From the NCBI GenBank assembly GCA_002339745.1, contig DDKP01000154.1, positions 4,329 to 37,628 of the forward strand: a DNA stretch of 33,300 nt, read 5' to 3'. Made by a program: the position numbers and the translations under genes. Shown here piece after piece: positions 16,579-28,214 of the stretch. The notes under the pieces are model-generated. The model was not told where the DNA came from and made no database searches. It was given only the letters and a program-made list of their open reading frames with translations. Source of the DNA: Firmicutes bacterium UBA2595 (lineage in GTDB: Bacteria > Bacillota > Thermincolia > Thermincolales > UBA2595). Numbering within the stretch: the stretch's first letter is position 1; the number at the start of each line of letters is the position of its first letter.

Positions 16579-17463
16579 ATGGTTACTGCTGCAATGGTAA
16601 AAGAACTGCGGGAACGCACCGGCGCCGGAATGATGGACTGCAAAAAAGCGCTGGAGGAAACCGGTGGGGACCTGGAAAAAGCTATCGAGTATTTAAGGGA
16701 AAAAGGTTTAGCTGCCGCTGCCAAGAAAGCCGGGCGAATTGCCGCCGAAGGATTGGTTGCCGCGAATGTTGAGGCAGGGAACAAGAGGGCCGTTCTGGTC
16801 GAAGTAAACTGCGAGACTGATTTTGTCGCGAAGACAGAAGAATTTGGAACGTTTGTCAATACGGTTGCCGAGGCAATTCTTGAAAATTCCCCTTCAACAG
16901 TTGAGGACCTGCTTCAAATGCAGGTGGACGGAAAAACTGTGGGCGAACTGGTTACCGAAAAGATCGCCAAAATCGGCGAAAACATGTCTATCCGGCGTTT
17001 TGAATTGTATGAAACAACAGAAGGAGCCCTCGAGGCGTATATTCACGGCGCCGGACGGATAGGTGTGCTGGTTGAGGTTACCGGCAATGCCGGCGATCTA
17101 CTGGAAACAGCCAAGGATGTTGCCATGCAGGTGGCCGCATCAAGGCCTGAGTATGTTACCAGAGAACAGGTCCCTGCAGAAATGGTCGAGAAAGAAAGAG
17201 AAATTTTGAAAGTCCAGGCCATGAATGAAGGGAAACCTGAAAACATAGCTGAAAAAATGGTGACCGGCAGGCTGGAAAAGTTTTTTAAGGAAATCTGCCT
17301 GGTAGAACAGCCGTTTATCAGGGAGCCGGATATAAGTGTCCAGAAAATGCTTGACCAGAAACAGGTCAAAGTTTTGCGCTTTGTGCGCTACGAAATGGGA
17401 GAAGGCCTGCAAAAAAGGGAAACCGACCTGGCTGCCGAAGTTGCGGCTCTACAAAAGTGCTAA
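16579..17463 (+). CDS. tsf: Elongation factor Ts
   Basis: AGGAGG RBS is present. The N-terminal UBA-like motif [24 protein letters not shown] is diagnostic. It sits downstream of rpsB. Confidence 0.97.
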   Translation: MVTAAMVKELRERTGAGMMDCKKALEETGGDLEKAIEYLREKGLAAAAKKAGRIAAEGLVAANVEAGNKRAVLVEVNCETDFVAKTEEFGTFVNTVAEAILENSPSTVEDLLQMQVDGKTVGELVTEKIAKIGENMSIRRFELYETTEGALEAYIHGAGRIGVLVEVTGNAGDLLETAKDVAMQVAASRPEYVTREQVPAEMVEKEREILKVQAMNEGKPENIAEKMVTGRLEKFFKEICLVEQPFIREPDISVQKMLDQKQVKVLRFVRYEMGEGLQKRETDLAAEVAALQKC

Positions 17464-17485
17464 TCAGAAGTTTTTTGACATTTTT

Positions 17486-17520
17486 AAAAAAAGAGAAGAC
17501 TTTGAGTCTTCTCTTTTTTT
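17486..17520 (+). terminator. Rho-independent terminator after tsf (symmetrical, potentially bidirectional)
   Basis: The A-run at 17486-17491 precedes a stem of AGAGAAGAC (17492-17500) with GTCTTCTCT (17506-17514). A T-run follows at 17515-17520. Confidence 0.9.
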
Positions 17521-17577
17521 AAAAAATTATTTTTTCAAAAAGGATTTTCTTATATCATGTAGAAGATTTATTTCTGA

Positions 17578-18881
<1,304 letters not shown>

Positions 18882-18906
18882 AAATCCTTGGATCTGAGGG
18901 ATACAA

Positions 18907-19131
18907 ATGGAATTGCCTGATGTTTTGGGCTTTGTTATTGATGAGGCCTTGACTGAAATCAGGAACAAAGGTTTTCAAGTGGGCCGGATTACAGTGGCAA
19001 AGCCTGTTAAAGCAGCAAAACCTTTGGGTGTAGCCAGAGTTGTTCGCCTCTCTCTGTTGGAGAAGGCAACACTCCAGGTTGTTGTTGCATATCAGGATTA
19101 CGAGAAAGGAGGTGTACATTGTGGCATATAG
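18907..19131 (+). CDS. Small stand-alone PASTA-like domain protein (74 aa, no signal peptide or TM)
   Basis: GAGGG RBS lies 7 nt upstream. [31 protein letters not shown]...VARVV...LQVVVA follows the PASTA pattern (PDVxG...A...L...Gf.v). The 3' end overlaps the ferredoxin start by 11 nt. Confidence 0.5.
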   Translation: MELPDVLGFVIDEALTEIRNKGFQVGRITVAKPVKAAKPLGVARVVRLSLLEKATLQVVVAYQDYEKGGVHCGI

Positions 19132-19288
19132 AATTACCGATGAGTGCTTGGCTTGCGGCAGTTGTTTGGATGCATGCCCCAACGGAGCCATCGAGGAAGG
19201 CGACATTTACAAGATTAAGGCAGATGAGTGCGCTGATTGCGGTGCTTGTGCAGAGGCTTGTCCGACAGGAGCAATTGTTGAAGAGTAA
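19121..19288 (+). CDS. fdx: Clostridial-type 2x[4Fe-4S] ferredoxin (55 aa)
   Basis: GTG 19121 is preceded by AAGGAGGTG. Two cluster motifs are present, [12 protein letters not shown] and [12 protein letters not shown]. The ORF-track start at 19040 adds a non-ferredoxin extension with no RBS. Confidence 0.88.
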   Translation: MAYRITDECLACGSCLDACPNGAIEEGDIYKIKADECADCGACAEACPTGAIVEE

Positions 19289-19293
19289 TCAAT

Positions 19294-19325
19294 AAACCCC
19301 CTCATAAAGGAGGGGGTTTGTTTTA
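19294..19325 (+). terminator. Rho-independent terminator after the ferredoxin gene
   Basis: AAACCCCCTC (19294-19303) pairs with GAGGGGGTTT (19310-19319) around the 6-nt loop ATAAAG. GTTTT follows. Confidence 0.9.
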
Positions 19326-19386
19326 GTATAAACAGGCATAAACTTTCCCAAATTAGAGGTAATGAAAAGGTTTTATATAGAAACTT

Positions 19387-19415
19387 TTGTTGTAAAGATG
19401 TAAAATGAATATATA
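19387..19415 (+). promoter_or_regulatory. Candidate sigma-A promoter for uppS-cdsA and downstream genes
   Basis: TTGTTG (19387-19392), a 17-nt spacer, then TATATA (19410-19415), in an AT-rich intergenic region after a terminator. This rests on sequence match only. Confidence 0.3.
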
Positions 19416-19470
19416 TGTAAAAATATGATGGGATATCTACCGGGTAGCACAAAGCCTAGGAGGATAGTAA

Positions 19471-20268
19471 ATGATTCGCAGTTGGCTTGGCTTTTGGAGA
19501 GTATGCAGGGAGAAAAACGAGTCAGAGAGAGCAGAAGAACTGTATAAGGCTGTTGACTTCAGCCGCCTGCCTACTCATATTGCGATCATTATGGACGGTA
19601 ATGGACGTTGGGCTACCCGCCGGGGTCTTCCAAGGGCGCTGGGACACAGGGCAGGGGTTGAGTCATTGCGGGAGATAGTCCGGACCTGTTCTGCCCTGGG
19701 AATAAAATACCTTACGGTATATGCTTTTTCGACCGAGAACTGGAAACGCCCGGCAGAAGAAGTCAATATATTGATGGATCTCCTGGTGGAGTATCTTGAA
19801 CAGGAAATACAGGAACTTCATGAAAACAATGTCAAAATCAGAGCTGTCGGCAGGATTGAAGAACTGCCGGAAAAGGCCAGAGAGGCGCTGTACAGGGATG
19901 CCGAATATACGCGAAACAACGACGGCCTGACATTGAACCTGGCTCTGAACTACGGTGGCCGGAACGAGATTGTGGAGGCCGTCAAGCGCATTGGCAGGGA
20001 AATTGCAGGCAATAAACTGAGCCCGGAAGAGATAACCGAGGACATTATTTCCGGTTTTCTTTATACTGCGGGTATACCCGACCCGGATCTGCTGATCAGG
20101 CCTTCAGGGGAACTGCGGATCAGTAATTTTCTTCTTTGGCAGGCAGCCTATTCTGAATTTTGGTATTCTCCGGTTTTATGGCCCGATTTCCGGAAGGTCC
20201 ACCTGCTGGAAGCGATTGTGGACTACCAGCGCCGCCAAAGGAGATTTGGGGGCCTGAATAATTTATAG
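19471..20268 (+). CDS. uppS: Undecaprenyl diphosphate synthase (cis-prenyltransferase)
   Basis: AGGAGG RBS is present. Conserved segments are [24 protein letters not shown] and [18 protein letters not shown]. Confidence 0.96.
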   Translation: MIRSWLGFWRVCREKNESERAEELYKAVDFSRLPTHIAIIMDGNGRWATRRGLPRALGHRAGVESLREIVRTCSALGIKYLTVYAFSTENWKRPAEEVNILMDLLVEYLEQEIQELHENNVKIRAVGRIEELPEKAREALYRDAEYTRNNDGLTLNLALNYGGRNEIVEAVKRIGREIAGNKLSPEEITEDIISGFLYTAGIPDPDLLIRPSGELRISNFLLWQAAYSEFWYSPVLWPDFRKVHLLEAIVDYQRRQRRFGGLNNL

Positions 20269-20287
20269 CTGGACCGGTGATTAGAAG

Positions 20288-21079
20288 ATGCTTTCATTCC
20301 GTATCCTCAGCGCTGTGGCCGGTATACCGATAATGCTTTTCTCTTTTTGGTACGGGGGCTTGCCATTAGCGGCAGTTGTTTTAGTTCTGGTAATTCTAGG
20401 AATACTAGAGATGAACCGTCTCTGGTGTAAGATGGATGTACATATCTGGTTGCCCCTGGCTGTGACTGCGGGTGTCCTGTATGTAATTGCCGCCGGCGCC
20501 GGCAACAGGTATTTTGAGGCCGCTGTATTATTTTTTGCGGTGACCGCAGCCATCGTATATATGATAGTAGTCTATCCTTCTTTTACAGTTACCGATTTAG
20601 CTGCAACTGTTTTTACTTCACTATATGCCGGGTGGCTCTTAACCCACCTGATTGGAATCAGACACCTGTCTGACGGATTTCATTACGTTTTATTGGTTCT
20701 GGCCTGTACATGGAGCACCGACACCTTTGCTTACTTCGTTGGTATCAATATAGGAAAACGCAAACTGGCGCCGGTCGTCAGTCCGAATAAATCCGTGGAA
20801 GGTTCTCTGGGAGGCGTTGCCGGCAGCATAATTGCAGCGGTAATCGCAGGCATTTTGGGTTCCAGAATGCCGTTGATACATTATGTGATAATCGGTGTTT
20901 TAATTGGGGTTGTCGGGCAGGTGGGCGACCTGGCGGAATCGGCGTTGAAACGAATGGCTGGAGTCAAGGATTCAGGCCGGATTATCCCGGGGCACGGCGG
21001 GGTTCTTGACAGGTTTGACAGCCTGTACTTAACAGCGCCGGCAGTATATTATTATTTAAGATTGATAATAATGAATTGA
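20288..21079 (+). CDS. cdsA: Phosphatidate cytidylyltransferase (CDP-diglyceride synthase)
   Basis: Polytopic membrane protein with the CdsA signature SPNKSVEGSLGG...GDLAESALKR...PGHGGVLDRFDS. Confidence 0.95.
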   Translation: MLSFRILSAVAGIPIMLFSFWYGGLPLAAVVLVLVILGILEMNRLWCKMDVHIWLPLAVTAGVLYVIAAGAGNRYFEAAVLFFAVTAAIVYMIVVYPSFTVTDLAATVFTSLYAGWLLTHLIGIRHLSDGFHYVLLVLACTWSTDTFAYFVGINIGKRKLAPVVSPNKSVEGSLGGVAGSIIAAVIAGILGSRMPLIHYVIIGVLIGVVGQVGDLAESALKRMAGVKDSGRIIPGHGGVLDRFDSLYLTAPAVYYYLRLIIMN

Positions 21080-21080
21080 G

Positions 21081-22160
21081 GTGAGGACCCTGTACCAACC
21101 ACTGCGAACTTTCATCTACATAGGCCTGGGGACTGCGGGCGCATACCTGTTATTGAAATTTGTTGCCCCTGTTTTTTCGCCTTTTATCTTAGCGGGTCTG
21201 TTAGCTTTTTTTATGGAACCACTGGTAACGTTTTTACAGAACAGGGTCCGTCTTCCGCGGTCAGTTGCGGTGGGAATTACCATGGTAGTTGTCTTTGGTG
21301 GATTTACCCTGGTGTTAGCGCTGGTAATTACACGGTTAATAGTAGAACTGGCTCATCTTTCAGCGTATTTGCCGGAGTATATAGACAACATCAAATCTGT
21401 AATCTTGTCAGTGCAGGACCGGGCAGAAGCATATTACCTGGCGCTGCCCAAAGATGTTTTGGACTTTATTAATGAGAGAGTTGCCGGCAATCAATTCAAT
21501 CTGGATTCAGTTTTTAACAGAATCCAGGTGGTTGTGGTGAAAACCCTGAATTTTATGCTCAGATTGGTATCATCTGTACCGGCCTGGATCATTTTGATTA
21601 TTGTCAGTGCCATTGCTACATATTTTATGTCCAAAGACAAGAACGTCATCAAAAATTTTTGGTTCAGAGCAGTACCAGAGCCGTGGAGCAGGAAAAGCAT
21701 TGACATAGCCAAAGATGTTATACATGCCGTATCGGGATATGCTAAAGCCCAGCTTATTTTAATTACCCTTACGTTCGTTCAAAGCCTGGTAGGCCTTTAT
21801 ATAATCGGCGCTCCGTATGCCCTGCTGGTAGGGTTGGCCATCGGTATAGCAGACTTGATTCCTGTTTTGGGTCCAAGTTCCATTTATCTGCCATGGATTG
21901 CGTGGGAGTTCATTACAGGTGACAATGCTTTTGCCGTTAAACTGACGATTCTTTACTCTATCGTACTGGTTGTGAGACAAGTACTGGAGGCGAAGATAGT
22001 CTCCACCACGATGGGACTGCACCCGTTGGCTACTCTGGTTGGAATGTATGTTGGTCTGCGCTTGTTGGGACCATTGGGTGTGGTAGCCGGCCCCCTGTTT
22101 ATAATCACCCTGAAGGCTTTTGCGGCGGCGGGGCTCATAGGATGGAAAAACCCCAGATAA
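21081..22160 (+). CDS. AI-2E/PerM (UPF0118) family permease, YtvI-like
   Basis: 359 aa with about 8 TM segments. The N-terminal FILAGLLAFFMEPLVTFLQ and C-terminal LHPLATLVGMYVGLRLLGPLGVVAGP are typical of the AI-2E family. The GTG start is poorly supported by an RBS. Confidence 0.8.
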   Translation: MRTLYQPLRTFIYIGLGTAGAYLLLKFVAPVFSPFILAGLLAFFMEPLVTFLQNRVRLPRSVAVGITMVVVFGGFTLVLALVITRLIVELAHLSAYLPEYIDNIKSVILSVQDRAEAYYLALPKDVLDFINERVAGNQFNLDSVFNRIQVVVVKTLNFMLRLVSSVPAWIILIIVSAIATYFMSKDKNVIKNFWFRAVPEPWSRKSIDIAKDVIHAVSGYAKAQLILITLTFVQSLVGLYIIGAPYALLVGLAIGIADLIPVLGPSSIYLPWIAWEFITGDNAFAVKLTILYSIVLVVRQVLEAKIVSTTMGLHPLATLVGMYVGLRLLGPLGVVAGPLFIITLKAFAAAGLIGWKNPR

Positions 22161-22270
22161 GGCCTGTGGAGAGACAGCTGACAGAACGGAAAACAGCGAT
22201 CCCCGCTGTAGCCGATCCCCATGTATTTTGTTGCAATTATTGTATAGTATCATAAATAGGAGAAGATAGA

Positions 22271-23422
22271 ATGAGAAAAAGAATAGCCGTATTGGGCAGT
22301 ACCGGTTCCATCGGATGTCAGACCCTGGAAGTGGTGGAAAGGTACCCGGAAAAATTCGAAGTAGTGGGGTTGGCCGCTGGAAACAACCTGGAAAAACTGG
22401 CTAGCCAGGCCGAGAAACACCGGCCAAGAATTGTGAGCATACGGCGAGAAGAGGATTATTGTAGGTTCAGGTCGGCTTTACCCGGTGGAATAAAATTGAC
22501 ATGCGGCGCTGAAGGGATGGCTGAACTGGCTGCCACAGAAGAGGTGGATATCGTTGTTACGTCAATCGCCGGAACTGTGGGACTGATTCCGACGATGGAA
22601 GCTATCAGGGCTGGGAAGGATATAGCGCTGGCAAACAAGGAGACACTGGTGGCAGCTGGTCAACTGGTGATGTCCATGGCTAAAGAAAAAGGAGTCAGAA
22701 TACTGCCGGTCGACAGTGAGCACTCAGCTATTTTCCAGTGCCTCAACGGGGAAAGCAGGGCTGAGGTCAATAAGCTCATCCTCACGGCGTCCGGTGGCCC
22801 GTTTAAAGACAAGTCGAGGGAAGAACTGGCGATTGTCACGGTGGAGGAAGCGCTAAAACACCCCAACTGGTCTATGGGACGTAAAATAACCATAGATTCC
22901 GCCACCATGATGAACAAAGGCCTTGAAGTGATTGAAGCCCGGTGGCTTTTTGACATCGGTTTCGCAAATATCAAAGTAATAATTCATCCTCAAAGCATCG
23001 TTCATTCCATGGTGGAGTTTGTTGACGGGTCTGTTATTGCCCAGATGGGCCTTCCCGATATGAGGTTGCCTATCCAGTATGCTCTGTCCTACCCGGAGAG
23101 GTGGGAAAATGACTGCCCGAAGCTGGATCTGCTGTCAGTGGGAACGCTGAACTTTGAAGAACCCCGGACGGATTTGTTTCCGTGCCTGCAACTAGCTATC
23201 GAGGCAGGAGCCGCGGGGGGGACCTTGCCTGCGGTGATGAATGCGGCGAACGAGCAGGCGGTAGAAATGTTTTTAAATGGCCGGATAGATTTTTTGGATA
23301 TCCCGGAATTAATTCACCGCGTAATGTCCAATCATGACTGTATACCTCAACCGGGTCTGGAAGATATTTTGCAGAGCGACAGGTGGGCCCGTGAAGAGTG
23401 CGGAAGACTGGTGAAAAACTGA
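22271..23422 (+). CDS. dxr: 1-deoxy-D-xylulose 5-phosphate reductoisomerase
   Basis: AGGAGA RBS is present. Conserved segments are IAVLGSTGSIG (NADPH site), LANKETLV, DSEHSAIFQC and NKGLEVIEA. Confidence 0.97.
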   Translation: MRKRIAVLGSTGSIGCQTLEVVERYPEKFEVVGLAAGNNLEKLASQAEKHRPRIVSIRREEDYCRFRSALPGGIKLTCGAEGMAELAATEEVDIVVTSIAGTVGLIPTMEAIRAGKDIALANKETLVAAGQLVMSMAKEKGVRILPVDSEHSAIFQCLNGESRAEVNKLILTASGGPFKDKSREELAIVTVEEALKHPNWSMGRKITIDSATMMNKGLEVIEARWLFDIGFANIKVIIHPQSIVHSMVEFVDGSVIAQMGLPDMRLPIQYALSYPERWENDCPKLDLLSVGTLNFEEPRTDLFPCLQLAIEAGAAGGTLPAVMNAANEQAVEMFLNGRIDFLDIPELIHRVMSNHDCIPQPGLEDILQSDRWAREECGRLVKN

Positions 23423-23457
23423 TTGTCATAACGCTATTCGTTAAGGAAGGTGTAGAA

Positions 23458-24555
23458 ATGACTGGTTGGGTAGCATATATTCCGTATGCCGTAATAGTAT
23501 TCGGCCTGCTGGTCCTGTTCCACGAATTAGGACATTTTGCCCTGGCCAAAGTGACCGGGGTTCAGGTTTACGAATTCAGTATAGGGTTTGGACCGCGACT
23601 GGCCGGCTTCCGAAGAGGGGATACAGTATATAACCTGCGGGCCGTGCCGCTGGGAGGGTTTGTCCGAATGGCCGGGATGGACCCGGAGGAGGACCTGAGG
23701 GAGGCCGGCAGGAAATCGCCGGAAAGTCCTGAAGTTGAAGCGGAGGAGGCAGACAAAACCGTAATTAGCCCCGAAAAGAGCTTTATGCACAAAAGCGTAC
23801 CCAAAAGGATGGCCATTATTGCAGCCGGGCCTTTAATGAACTTTGTGCTGGCGATTTTGTTGTTCTCCGCGAGTTTCCTTATTTTCGGCCTACCCACAAA
23901 CAAAAACATAGTTGGTAAGGTTATCCAGGGTCTGCCGGCGGCCGAAGTGGGCATCAAGCCCGGTGATGTAATCACAAAGATTAATGATACTCCTACCGGG
24001 ACGTGGCTGGAAATAACGGATATTATTCATAAGAACCCTGAAAGGGTAATCAAGATTGAAGTCAAGAGAGAAGGTCAGACAAAAATATTTACAGTGAAGC
24101 CCGTAAAAGACCCGGAAGAACAGTGGGGCAAGATCGGGATAACGTACATGTCTGAGCGACTGGGTTTATGGAAATCCCTTAAACTTGGTGTTATTAAGAC
24201 TTACGAAGTTCTTAAAATCACGGTTTATTTTATAGGCAAGATGATAGCGCAGGAGATGCCCGTGCAGCTCAGCGGGCCTGTCAGAATTACCTATGAACTG
24301 GGGAAGGCCGCCGAACTTGGTATTGTTTTCCTGATAAACATAGCCGGGTTTCTCAGCATCCAGATAGGGTTATTTAACCTCCTGCCCATACCTGCCCTGG
24401 ACGGCAGCAGGTTGTTATTTCTCGGGCTGGAAGGGATCAGGGGAACACCCATTGAACCGTCCAAGGAGAATTTCATCCATCTGGTGGGACTGGCGCTCCT
24501 GCTTTTATTAATGGTTGTAATAACCTACCAAGACATTATCCAGATGTTGAGTTAG
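23458..24555 (+). CDS. rseP: Site-2 (RIP) zinc metalloprotease RseP/RasP
   Basis: ATG 23458 follows AAGGAAGGTG. The ORF-track start at 23398 lies inside dxr. It has HELGHF zinc-binding, a PDZ segment (GLPAAEVGIKPGDVITKIND) and NLLPIPALDG. Confidence 0.93.
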   Translation: MTGWVAYIPYAVIVFGLLVLFHELGHFALAKVTGVQVYEFSIGFGPRLAGFRRGDTVYNLRAVPLGGFVRMAGMDPEEDLREAGRKSPESPEVEAEEADKTVISPEKSFMHKSVPKRMAIIAAGPLMNFVLAILLFSASFLIFGLPTNKNIVGKVIQGLPAAEVGIKPGDVITKINDTPTGTWLEITDIIHKNPERVIKIEVKREGQTKIFTVKPVKDPEEQWGKIGITYMSERLGLWKSLKLGVIKTYEVLKITVYFIGKMIAQEMPVQLSGPVRITYELGKAAELGIVFLINIAGFLSIQIGLFNLLPIPALDGSRLLFLGLEGIRGTPIEPSKENFIHLVGLALLLLLMVVITYQDIIQMLS

Positions 24556-24566
24556 GAGGCACGGTT

Positions 24567-25631
24567 TTGGAGAGGCGATTGACCAGGCAGATTTATGTAG
24601 GGAACGTGCCCGTCGGCGGTGGCGCTCCCATTTCCGTGCAGTCCATGACAAATACAGATACGCGGGATGCCCGGGCTACGGTAATTCAAATCATGGAACT
24701 TGCCGGGGCAGGATGTGAAATAGTCAGGGTGGCAGTACCGGACAGTACTGCTGCCGATGCCTTAAAGGAAATTATTAAGCAAAGCCCTATCCCTGTGGTA
24801 GCTGATATTCATTTTGATTACAGGCTGGCTTTAAAATCTGTTGCCAACGGAGTCCATGGACTGCGGCTGAATCCGGGAAATATCGGGGGCGCCGGCAGGG
24901 TTAGAGAAGTGGTTAAAGCTGCCCGTGAACGGAAGGTTCCTATCCGGGTCGGGGTTAATGCCGGTTCACTGGACAAAAGAGTCCTGGATAAATACGGCGG
25001 AGTAACTCCCCAGGGGCTCGTGGAAAGTGCCCTGGAGCATGTCAAAATACTGCAGGAATTGGATTTTCACGAAATCAAGATATCTCTCAAAGCTTTTGAC
25101 ATCCCGTTAATGATGGAGGCTTACCGCTTGATTTCAGAGAAGGTGGATTACCCTCTGCATATCGGAGTTACCGAGGCCGGCACACCATGGGCCGGGACAA
25201 TCAGGTCCGCGGTCGGTATTGGCGTCCTTTTAAGCAGTGGTATAGGTGATACCCTCAGGGTTTCGCTGACCGGCGACCCTGTACTGGAAGTAAAGGTGGG
25301 TTTTGAAATACTCAAGGCCCTTAATTTACGGCAGTTGGGCCCCACAATAATTTCCTGCCCTACATGCGGTAGAACGGAAATTAAACTTGCCAAAATCGCC
25401 GGGGAAGTTGAAAAGAAAATCCAGCATTTAAAAACCCCGCTGAAGGTGGCCATCATGGGTTGTGTGGTGAACGGACCGGGAGAGGCGAGGGAAGCTGACG
25501 TCGGCATAGCCGGGGGAAAAGGCGTCGGTCTGCTGTTTAAGAAGGGACGGATTATCAGAAAAATCCCGGAGGACAGGCTTGTTGATGAACTGCTGAAAGA
25601 AATTAAACTGATGTTGAAGGAAGAACCATAA
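24567..25631 (+). CDS. ispG: 4-hydroxy-3-methylbut-2-enyl diphosphate synthase IspG (GcpE)
   Basis: TTG start lies 7 nt after AGGAGG. Conserved segments are [15 protein letters not shown], the cluster cysteines CPTCGR and GCVVNGPGE. Confidence 0.95.
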   Translation: MERRLTRQIYVGNVPVGGGAPISVQSMTNTDTRDARATVIQIMELAGAGCEIVRVAVPDSTAADALKEIIKQSPIPVVADIHFDYRLALKSVANGVHGLRLNPGNIGGAGRVREVVKAARERKVPIRVGVNAGSLDKRVLDKYGGVTPQGLVESALEHVKILQELDFHEIKISLKAFDIPLMMEAYRLISEKVDYPLHIGVTEAGTPWAGTIRSAVGIGVLLSSGIGDTLRVSLTGDPVLEVKVGFEILKALNLRQLGPTIISCPTCGRTEIKLAKIAGEVEKKIQHLKTPLKVAIMGCVVNGPGEAREADVGIAGGKGVGLLFKKGRIIRKIPEDRLVDELLKEIKLMLKEEP

Positions 25632-25702
25632 AGACGGCCATGAAATGTTACTGCCACCGGTCACTGGCCGCTGGACATCAATTAACAGGGGAGGTTGCAT
25701 TG

Positions 25703-27427
25703 ATGAGACTATCTGAACTCTTGGCTCCGACTCTGCGGGAAGTACCCGCTGAAGCGGAAGTTGTCAGTCATATCCTGATGCTGAGAGCGGGAATGATCCG
25801 CAAAGTCGCTTCAGGGGTGTATTCATACTTACCGTTGGGTTACAGGATAATTAAGAAAGTGATAGAGATAATCAGAGAGGAAATGGACAAAAAAGGCAGC
25901 CAGGAACTGATGCTGCCCATCATTCAACCGGCGGAACTCTGGCTGGAATCGGGCCGGTGGAATGTATACGGGGACGAACTGTTCAGGCTGAAGGACCGTC
26001 ATGACAGAGATTTTGCGCTGGGGCCCACCCACGAGGAAATCATTACCGACCTGGTCAGGGGCGAAGTCCGTAGCTATAAACAGCTGCCCCTCCTTCTGTA
26101 CCAGATTCAAAATAAGTACAGGGATGAGCGCAGACCCCGTTTTGGGTTAATGCGCGGGCGCGAATTCATAATGCAGGACCTGTATTCTTTTGATAAAGAT
26201 GAAGCGGGGCTGGAAGTCACTTACCGTAAGATGTATGAAGCCTATTCAAGGGTATTTTCACGCTGCGGTCTCAAATTCCGTGTTGTGGAAGCCGACCCCG
26301 GAGCTATTGGAGGAAGCAGTACCCATGAGTTTATGGTCATGGCAGATTCGGGTGAGGCTGCCATCGTATTTTGCGAGACCTGTGAATACGCAGCCAATGT
26401 GGAAAAGGCTGAAGCAATGGCGGACGAGCAGGGGTCGGCAGAAGAAATGCTGGCAGTCGAGGAATTACCCACCCCAGGCGCCCGGACCATTGAAGAAGTA
26501 GCCGCTTTTCTGAAAGTAACTCCGGAGAGGGTTATTAAGTCACTGGTATACCAAACTGAGGAAGGGATTGTTCTTGCCCTGGTAAGGGGAGACCGGGAAG
26601 TCAATGAGGTGAAGCTGCAGAATGTCCTGGGCTCGCTGCAGTTATTTTTGGCTGATGGAAAATCAGTGACCGGGCTCACGGGGGCTGAGCCTGGTTTTAC
26701 CGGCCCTGTCAACCTGAAAGGGGTTCAGATCATCGCCGACAGGGAAGTAGTTCTAATGCGGAACGCCGTCGCCGGAGCCAATAAAACGGATGCACACATT
26801 ATCAATGTAAATCCGGGAAGGGACTTTACCCCCGACAAGGTGGCAGACATCAGGCTGGTTAAAGCAGGCGAACCCTGTATCAGGTGCGGGGGCAGGCTGA
26901 ACGAAGCCAGGGGAATCGAAGTGGGGCAGATTTTTAAGCTGGGAACCAAGTACAGTAAAGTCCTGGGGGCTAAATTCCTTGATGAAAACGGAAAAGAACA
27001 GCTGATGGTTATGGGGTGTTACGGAATAGGGGTGAGCAGGACAGTGGCCGCCGCTATTGAGCAGAACCATGACGATGACGGGATTATCTGGCCCATGCCG
27101 ATAGCGCCTTACCATGCTGTGGTCATTCCGGTAAGCGCTAAGGATGAAGAACAGGTAAAAATAGCCGAGGCCCTTTACAGCGCTCTCCTGGAGCAGGGAG
27201 TAGAGGCTGTAATCGATGACAGAAATGAACGGCCGGGTGTGAAATTTAAAGATGCGGATTTGATCGGTTATCCGTTAAGAATAGTGATAGGAGCCAGGGC
27301 AGTTGAGGAAGGAGTTGTTGAAATCAGGCACCGCAGGAACGGGAATGTGCAGACCGCAAAAGTTGACAGCGCGGCGCCGCTGGTTAAACAGATTGTAGAG
27401 GACGCGATTGCGGAGAGCCTGGCATAA
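25703..27427 (+). CDS. proS: Prolyl-tRNA synthetase (bacterial type with INS editing domain)
   Basis: ATG 25703 follows GGGGAGG, and the N-terminus [19 protein letters not shown] is canonical. It has class II motifs and a long insertion domain. The 574-aa length fits. The ORF-track start at 25640 is an upstream extension. Confidence 0.96.
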   Translation: MRLSELLAPTLREVPAEAEVVSHILMLRAGMIRKVASGVYSYLPLGYRIIKKVIEIIREEMDKKGSQELMLPIIQPAELWLESGRWNVYGDELFRLKDRHDRDFALGPTHEEIITDLVRGEVRSYKQLPLLLYQIQNKYRDERRPRFGLMRGREFIMQDLYSFDKDEAGLEVTYRKMYEAYSRVFSRCGLKFRVVEADPGAIGGSSTHEFMVMADSGEAAIVFCETCEYAANVEKAEAMADEQGSAEEMLAVEELPTPGARTIEEVAAFLKVTPERVIKSLVYQTEEGIVLALVRGDREVNEVKLQNVLGSLQLFLADGKSVTGLTGAEPGFTGPVNLKGVQIIADREVVLMRNAVAGANKTDAHIINVNPGRDFTPDKVADIRLVKAGEPCIRCGGRLNEARGIEVGQIFKLGTKYSKVLGAKFLDENGKEQLMVMGCYGIGVSRTVAAAIEQNHDDDGIIWPMPIAPYHAVVIPVSAKDEEQVKIAEALYSALLEQGVEAVIDDRNERPGVKFKDADLIGYPLRIVIGARAVEEGVVEIRHRRNGNVQTAKVDSAAPLVKQIVEDAIAESLA

Positions 27428-27499
27428 GTTACGGGCATGTCATACTCACGTACTGGAGTGAATAATAATCTGGCAATTGCAGTGGCAGGAGGGTACTGA

Positions 27500-28129
27500 A
27501 TGAGGACTGCAGTTATCATTCCGGCATACAATGAAGAACGGACCATAGGCGAAATTATCAGGGTCACCCGGCAGGTCCCGTTTGTTGATGAGACTTTAGT
27601 TGTTGACGACGGTTCAACCGACAGTACCGCAAAGGTTGCCCAAGCCGAAGGGGCAAGAGTGATATCTCTTCCGGAGAACGTTGGCAAGGGCGGCGCAATG
27701 ATGGTGGGGGTAAACAGTACCGATGCCGATGTGGTCCTGTTTTTGGACGCAGACCTGATAGGGCTTAAGCCCTCACACGTGATAAACTTGATGCTTCCGG
27801 TGCTTGAGGGCCGGGCCGAAATGACGGTGGGAATTTTTGAACACGGACGGCTGGCCACCGACCTGGCCCAGTTCATAGCCCCGTTTTTATCTGGGCAGAG
27901 GGCTGTAAAAAGGGACTTGTTCAGACAGCTGTCTCACCTGGAAATGTCCAGGTTTGGGGTTGAGGTAGCTCTGACGAGATATACAAAGATGGCAGGAATC
28001 TCTGTGATGGAAGTCGAATTAAAAGACATGTCCCATGTAATGAAGGAAGAAAAGCTGGGGGTTGTACGGGGTTTCCTGGCAAGGCTGAAGATGTACTGGG
28101 AAATAGCCAAATGTATGGGGAAAGGGTAA
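27500..28129 (+). CDS. Short family-2 glycosyltransferase (GT-A fold, 209 aa)
   Basis: GGAGGG RBS is present. It shows IIPAYNEERTI, VVDDGSTDST, GKGGAM and DADL (DXD). No TM segments are seen. The acceptor and substrate cannot be inferred. Confidence 0.8.
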   Translation: MRTAVIIPAYNEERTIGEIIRVTRQVPFVDETLVVDDGSTDSTAKVAQAEGARVISLPENVGKGGAMMVGVNSTDADVVLFLDADLIGLKPSHVINLMLPVLEGRAEMTVGIFEHGRLATDLAQFIAPFLSGQRAVKRDLFRQLSHLEMSRFGVEVALTRYTKMAGISVMEVELKDMSHVMKEEKLGVVRGFLARLKMYWEIAKCMGKG

Positions 28130-28214
28130 TCGGACTCTTCCGGAGAGGTCGGCAGCCCCAACCGTTGCCTGGGTTATCAAAACAGCTTTCGTAGACAAAA
28201 AGGGGGAGAGCCGG

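Noticed and set aside
16449-16772. 107-aa ORF bridging the rpsB 3' end, the spacer and the tsf 5' end
   Set aside because: It is out of frame with two universally conserved genes, is Arg/Gly/Cys-rich, and spans a probable hairpin.
19362-19403. 13-codon mini-ORF (MKRFYIETFVVKM) in the fdx-uppS intergenic region
   Set aside because: The GAGGT lies only 1 nt from the ATG, which is unusable spacing. The region is AT-rich and better explained as promoter DNA.
22193-22209. Hairpin ACAGCG-ATCCC-CGCTGT after the ytvI-like gene as a terminator, and a dxr promoter in 22225-22260
   Set aside because: No U-tract follows the stem. I could not find -35/-10 hexamers with acceptable spacing around TATAGT or TATCAT, so neither feature is called.
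25632-25702. Possible T-box or other riboswitch leader upstream of proS
   Set aside because: The spacer is only 71 nt, far too short for a T-box (about 200 nt or more), and no specifier or T-box sequence is visible. Similarly, the 85 nt upstream of mgtC is too short for an M-box.
27268-27876. 202-aa minus-strand ORF opposite the proS 3' end and the GT2 gene
   Set aside because: It lies antisense to two well-supported plus-strand genes. Its composition is Ser/Thr/Ala/Pro-rich, typical of a shadow frame. It has no RBS and no recognisable motifs.
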